64,000 nt of DNA from a virus, in the IMG/VR virus record IMGVR_UViG_3300045988_180769, positions 41,942-105,941 of that record. The stretch is one strand, 5' to 3'. Positions within the stretch are counted from its first letter, which is position 1. The number at the start of each line of letters is the position of its first letter. The translations under genes and the position numbers were made by a program. The notes under the pieces were generated by a model. It ran no database searches. It had not been told where the DNA came from and worked only from the letters and a program-made list of their open reading frames with translations. This document shows positions 60,742 to 64,000 of the stretch, one piece after another.

Positions 60742-61035
60742 ATGACAACATTGGAACTATTTTATGAGATGAGAGACATTCTTGATCAATATGGTTTTGA
60801 CATAGATGAATTAGACAAGAACATCAAGACAATCGAAAAGATCATGAAGACTTGGAACAAGAAGAAAGGTAATGAACTCTATTGGGTTATCAATGAAGAA
60901 GGCTCATTCATATTCGAAAAGATCTACGAAGCACTCGAATATGAGGAAGAAAATGAAGATTGTGCAATCTTCTCATTGATCTACAAAAATCAAAAATGGT
61001 ATTTAAGCCAACTTAATCTCAATCCATCTCTCTAA
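60742..61035 (+). CDS. hypothetical acidic protein (97 aa)
   Basis: ATG checked; followed by a strong terminator. Confidence 0.55.
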   Translation: MTTLELFYEMRDILDQYGFDIDELDKNIKTIEKIMKTWNKKKGNELYWVINEEGSFIFEKIYEALEYEEENEDCAIFSLIYKNQKWYLSQLNLNPSL

Positions 61036-61050
61036 ACAATGGGATTACAA

Positions 61051-61097
61051 AGATCGCTCGTTAGTCTTATAATTAAACAAGATTTAACGAGCGATCT
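61051..61097. terminator. bidirectional terminator, 13-bp perfect stem (AGATCGCTCGTTA / TAACGAGCGATCT), 21-nt loop
   Basis: Lies between the convergent stops at 61035 (+) and 61100 (-). Confidence 0.65.
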
Positions 61098-61099
61098 CT

Positions 61100-61573
61100 T
61101 TATGCTTTAAAGTAAGTGATCTTTGATCCATTTCCTTCATCATAAGTATCGATATGCAACCATGTCACATCTTTCTCAAGTCTTATTGGATATGGTAGGA
61201 AATCTTCGAGTGATGCAATCTTTTTTCGAGCTTCCTCAGCGCTCATTCCTTTCACTGTAATATCGAATGCTTCGCCAGTACAGTGAGCACTCATATAGAC
61301 TTTTTCAAGTCTTGTCTTTTCTTTAGGAATTGCACACAAATTGCATCTCAATCCCCTTTGAGTATAATTGTCCTTCCAACTATTGATCACCAATGGCACT
61401 TTGAGAATGTCTCTTCTCAACACAAGTAATGTTTCTAACGATTGCATTGAGAAAAACGACCAAATTTGATCTTCACGATACTTGTTATACACATGTTGGC
61501 AAACGAGTTCTTTGATACTAAAGTATTTCTTTAGTTCATCAATAATGTCTCTTCTTGTTTTCATTTTAATCAT
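61100..61573 (-). CDS. endolysin, zinc peptidase M15 (VanY / D-Ala-D-Ala carboxypeptidase-like) family
   Basis: SAHCTGEAFD (H-x6-D), WLHID (final His-x-Asp), and a preceding R..L/INSW region typical of Peptidase_M15_3. Confidence 0.75.
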   Translation of the reverse strand: MIKMKTRRDIIDELKKYFSIKELVCQHVYNKYREDQIWSFFSMQSLETLLVLRRDILKVPLVINSWKDNYTQRGLRCNLCAIPKEKTRLEKVYMSAHCTGEAFDITVKGMSAEEARKKIASLEDFLPYPIRLEKDVTWLHIDTYDEGNGSKITYFKA

Positions 61574-61597
61574 AATTTTAAGTTGTTAATAATTAAA

Positions 61598-61629
61598 AAG
61601 GGAGTCGATCATCACTAACCAACTCCCTT
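61598..61629 (-). terminator. stem-loop AAGGGAGT-(16 nt)-ACTCCCTT followed by TTTAATTATT, between a promoter box and the endolysin start
   Basis: 8-bp perfect stem; large loop and short U-tract make it a weak terminator or a leader structure. Confidence 0.4.
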
Positions 61630-61667
61630 CAAACCCTAATAAAACTTTATCTTTTTATTATAAACAC

Positions 61668-61678
61668 TCTAAAGATAC
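61668..61678 (-). promoter_or_regulatory. promoter-like box GTATCTTTAGA
   Basis: Lies in the 160-nt gap upstream of the endolysin gene. Confidence 0.45.
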
Positions 61679-61733
61679 TCTAATTGAAATTACTTTCAAG
61701 AGTAGTGATACTCATTTTTACATACTTACTCTT

Positions 61734-62213
61734 TTACTCCACTACCTCTGGTTCAATGATTTCATCATTAGAAGAATTTTCTTGTTTCATTGCCTTCCAT
61801 TGATCAATAAAGACCTCGATCACTCTTCGACCATCCTTCACTACTTTCTCAAGTCTTTCATCCTCTTCCATGAACTCGTCTGCCATAATAGAAGCGAGAT
61901 GTTTCGCCTTCATTACATAATCACGAAGACCACCATCACTCTCCTCATCATGAATCAATTCATAGACACCTTTCTTTGTGATCAATTGGAATGTGAGACT
62001 TTCGACCAAAGCCTTTCGTTTTTGTACCATTCCAACATTCCTTTTCGCCTGTTCAATAAATTGATCCATCTTCTTACCCTCGAAGTCCTTGTCATTAAAA
62101 CCTTCGAGCTTTTCAGCAGCATTAAAGATCAACTCCAATTCCTTTTCGCTCAATGCAATTCCACATTGATATACTTCTGTACAAAATAATGCAAACTTAA
62201 TTTTATTTTCCAT
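61734..62213 (-). CDS. hypothetical acidic protein (159 aa)
   Basis: The track start at 62216 is GTG; ATG at 62213 is preferred. Confidence 0.55.
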   Translation of the reverse strand: MENKIKFALFCTEVYQCGIALSEKELELIFNAAEKLEGFNDKDFEGKKMDQFIEQAKRNVGMVQKRKALVESLTFQLITKKGVYELIHDEESDGGLRDYVMKAKHLASIMADEFMEEDERLEKVVKDGRRVIEVFIDQWKAMKQENSSNDEIIEPEVVE

Positions 62214-62235
62214 CACTTATCTACTTTGATTATAT

Positions 62236-62478
62236 TTATTCAATACATTCTTCTACTTCCACACCATTGATGTGAGTCATTTTCCATTCACCTTCTTCTA
62301 CTATGTAGGAGCACTTGATTGTCTTTTCGTCAGCAATAATCTCATCGTCAACACCTTTCTTTCTCCATGTTTCACTTTCAACATACGCAGTCCATTTAGT
62401 TCCATCTTGGAACATAATCTTTGATGGACATTGTTTTATAGTCGATTGTACCAATTGATCAAATACTTCCTTTGTCAT
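62236..62478 (-). CDS. hypothetical protein (80 aa)
   Basis: ATG checked; 20-nt overlap with the upstream gene. Confidence 0.5.
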   Translation of the reverse strand: MTKEVFDQLVQSTIKQCPSKIMFQDGTKWTAYVESETWRKKGVDDEIIADEKTIKCSYIVEEGEWKMTHINGVEVEECIE

Positions 62479-63166
62479 TTCGTATCTTTTTTGCTTTAAA
62501 AATTATTAATCCACTTTTTGAAACATAAGCATCAAAGCAACATGGCATAGATATAGAAATGTATTGATCATTTCTATAGTACTTCTCACCATTCACAATG
62601 ATACAATTTTCATCTTCAATACCAATCAACTTTAGAAGATGAGATTGTTCAACTTGAGTGATCCATCTAAAATTTCTTTTTGTAGTAAAGAATGTTCTCA
62701 CATCACCAATGACGCAATTGAATCGTTCGTTCCTATAGACATTTATTGAATCTGGAAATTCCTTGTAGAGTTTTCCTTTATATTTGCACCAACAATCCTC
62801 ATTTTCAATCCAAATTTCAAATGTTTCGCCAGTTTGAACTCGATCAATAAGTTCTTTGATATCTCTTGGTATCATGACCTTGTTCAATTGTTCAACGAAC
62901 TCATTTAGACTTATCGTATCATAACTCATGATCGATTCGTATCTACTATTCAACTTGACAATGTATTTATCAATAAGACCATTAGTAGAAGCATGCTCTA
63001 CATTGATATCAAGATCCAATTCAAATGTTTCAATAAGATCCATGATGTACTTATAATAATTGCCCCACCTTTTTTGATATTGATCTGGGTTTTTGAACAA
63101 ATCATCAAAGTCAATTGCTTTCCTATGAAGAAAAAGCTCTAAATCGTTTTTTACTCTTGGATTCAT
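62459..63166 (-). CDS. hypothetical protein (235 aa)
   Basis: ATG checked. Confidence 0.55.
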   Translation of the reverse strand: MNPRVKNDLELFLHRKAIDFDDLFKNPDQYQKRWGNYYKYIMDLIETFELDLDINVEHASTNGLIDKYIVKLNSRYESIMSYDTISLNEFVEQLNKVMIPRDIKELIDRVQTGETFEIWIENEDCWCKYKGKLYKEFPDSINVYRNERFNCVIGDVRTFFTTKRNFRWITQVEQSHLLKLIGIEDENCIIVNGEKYYRNDQYISISMPCCFDAYVSKSGLIIFKAKKIRNDKGSI

Positions 63167-63201
63167 AACGTTATTTATTGTTTAATTAATAATTCTATAT
63201 T

Positions 63202-63291
63202 AAAGAGGTGGAATTGACTTGTTTCTTACTACTATAAATGTATAACATGGATTAATATTGATTTTTAATGTTTTGTCTCATCCACCTCTTT
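63202..63291 (-). repeat. 11-bp perfect inverted repeat (AAAGAGGTGGA / TCCACCTCTTT) enclosing 68 nt in the leader of the 235-aa gene
   Basis: Read directly; lies between the promoter box at 63299-63309 and the ATG at 63166. Confidence 0.6.
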
Positions 63292-63298
63292 TTGCTTT

Positions 63299-63309
63299 GG
63301 TAAAGATAC
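63299..63309 (-). promoter_or_regulatory. promoter-like box GTATCTTTACC
   Basis: 8 nt downstream of the stop at 63317. Confidence 0.4.
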
Positions 63310-63316
63310 TAAATTG

Positions 63317-63958
63317 TTATGTAGGAGAACAATTTGTTCTCTCGAAGAGGTCTACTATTCTATTTTCTTTGATCTTCACGATACTTGTTCCATCCTCATT
63401 CACAAAGTATCCCTCGCGATCAATAGAAAGAATTGGTTGATACATTTGATCTTTCCATTTCAATAGATCTTTCTCGACCACTTTCTCTCGATCCTTTGGA
63501 TCAATGAATATCGATTTTCCTTTATTGACAATTTGATAGACATAATTGTCATTTGAGAGTAAAAAGTAGTCATCGTTTGCTCTACAATACATCATTTTAG
63601 TACCTTTCACTTCTTCCAAGATCGCATTCTTATACACATTTGCTTTGATCCAATCGATTGTGGTCTCGTCATCCTCATCGTCTTTTGTCATATCACGTAG
63701 GATGTTTTTGATCGACTCTTGTATTAGGAGCTCTTTTAAATTATAGAAAAAGTCACTAAATTGCATAGTCGTCAAATTCTTTATTGGATAAAGCTCACTT
63801 GGTTCAAAACCATTCCTCCACACGAGGATATGATTCTTTTCTTCATAAATCCACATTCTCGTATTAAGATCAATTTGAGCATAGATCGAAAAGTCCTTGA
63901 GTAGTTCATCAATCTTACGTATATATGCTTCTGGAAGAATATGTATAGTGTTGATCAT
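63317..63958 (-). CDS. hypothetical protein (213 aa; start uncertain)
   Basis: The track start at 63961 is TTG and ATG follows at 63958, but the frame remains open to nt 64000, so the gene could begin outside the window. Confidence 0.5.
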   Translation of the reverse strand: MINTIHILPEAYIRKIDELLKDFSIYAQIDLNTRMWIYEEKNHILVWRNGFEPSELYPIKNLTTMQFSDFFYNLKELLIQESIKNILRDMTKDDEDDETTIDWIKANVYKNAILEEVKGTKMMYCRANDDYFLLSNDNYVYQIVNKGKSIFIDPKDREKVVEKDLLKWKDQMYQPILSIDREGYFVNEDGTSIVKIKENRIVDLFERTNCSPT

Positions 63959-64000
63959 CAATCTTTTATGAAAACCACTAAATGTCTCAGTGAGCTCACT

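Noticed and set aside
662-62189. Plus-strand ORFs of 60-135 aa lying inside minus-strand genes (for example 662-847, 2920-3162, 6422-6670, 7574-7771, 11089-11666, 19421-19660, 23054-23356, 27184-27672, 32354-32792, 36785-37555, 41489-42068, 43852-44211, 52054-52395, 61782-62189).
   Set aside because: All are antisense shadows of long, motif-supported minus-strand genes. They have low-complexity Leu/Ile/Phe/Ser-rich translations typical of AT-rich antisense frames and no promoter box or independent context.
31630-63961. Upstream-most start positions in the ORF track at 31665, 49180, 50838, 51191, 55454, 58490, 58869, 62216 and 63961.
   Set aside because: Checked in the DNA, these are TTG or GTG codons that create long overlaps or odd N-termini. 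Nearby ATGs (31629, 49141, 50811, 51149, 55385, 58472, 58863, 62213, 63958) give ATGA-type coupling, a clean signal peptide, or alignment with a paralog.
1-64000. tRNA, rRNA, CRISPR arrays, integrase, repressor or attachment sites.
   Set aside because: No cloverleaf-like or repeat-spacer structure was noticed in the few non-coding stretches, and no recombinase or CI-like motifs in any ORF. A visual scan cannot exclude a small tRNA; tRNAscan-SE would settle it.

Overview
The window is a 64 kb block of a visibly AT-rich, contractile-tailed dsDNA phage genome. It is densely coding and almost entirely on the minus strand. Read in the direction of transcription (right to left), 54.8-64 kb holds about 25 small genes of mostly unknown function, probably early. 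They include two AP2-like DNA-binding paralogs and an M15 endolysin, and are punctuated by a recurring promoter box (GTATCTTTAG, which fits the Bacteroidota -7 element TAnnTTTG) and clean stem-loop terminators. From 53.7 kb down to 0 runs one long morphogenesis operon. Its order is holin, portal, MuF/gp7 minor head protein (interrupted by a LAGLIDADG intein), two free-standing Hint-fold proteins, a Nudix fusion protein, an R-S-E ADP-ribosyltransferase, an ADP-ribosylglycohydrolase, prohead protease, scaffold, major capsid, neck genes (with an inserted GIY-YIG homing endonuclease), sheath, tube, chaperones, tape measure and baseplate. Next come a 3766-aa baseplate-J::fibre fusion and an 1812-aa fibre ending in PKD-like and BspA-type LRR domains. 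The operon ends with an HNH/NinG-like nuclease, a DEDDh exonuclease and the 5' part of a terminase-like ATPase that carries a Hint/intein-like insertion at its P-loop. No tRNA, rRNA, CRISPR array, integrase or repressor was recognised. There are no Shine-Dalgarno sequences, and the promoter type plus BspA-LRR and BACON-like domains suggest a Bacteroidota host (inference). The most interesting items are the ADP-ribosylation writer/eraser/Nudix trio inside the head module, whose eraser is preceded by a copy of the putative early-gene promoter-leader cassette; the cluster of intein and Hint elements; and the giant modular receptor-binding proteins. All domain calls come from motif reading by eye; no database search was run.
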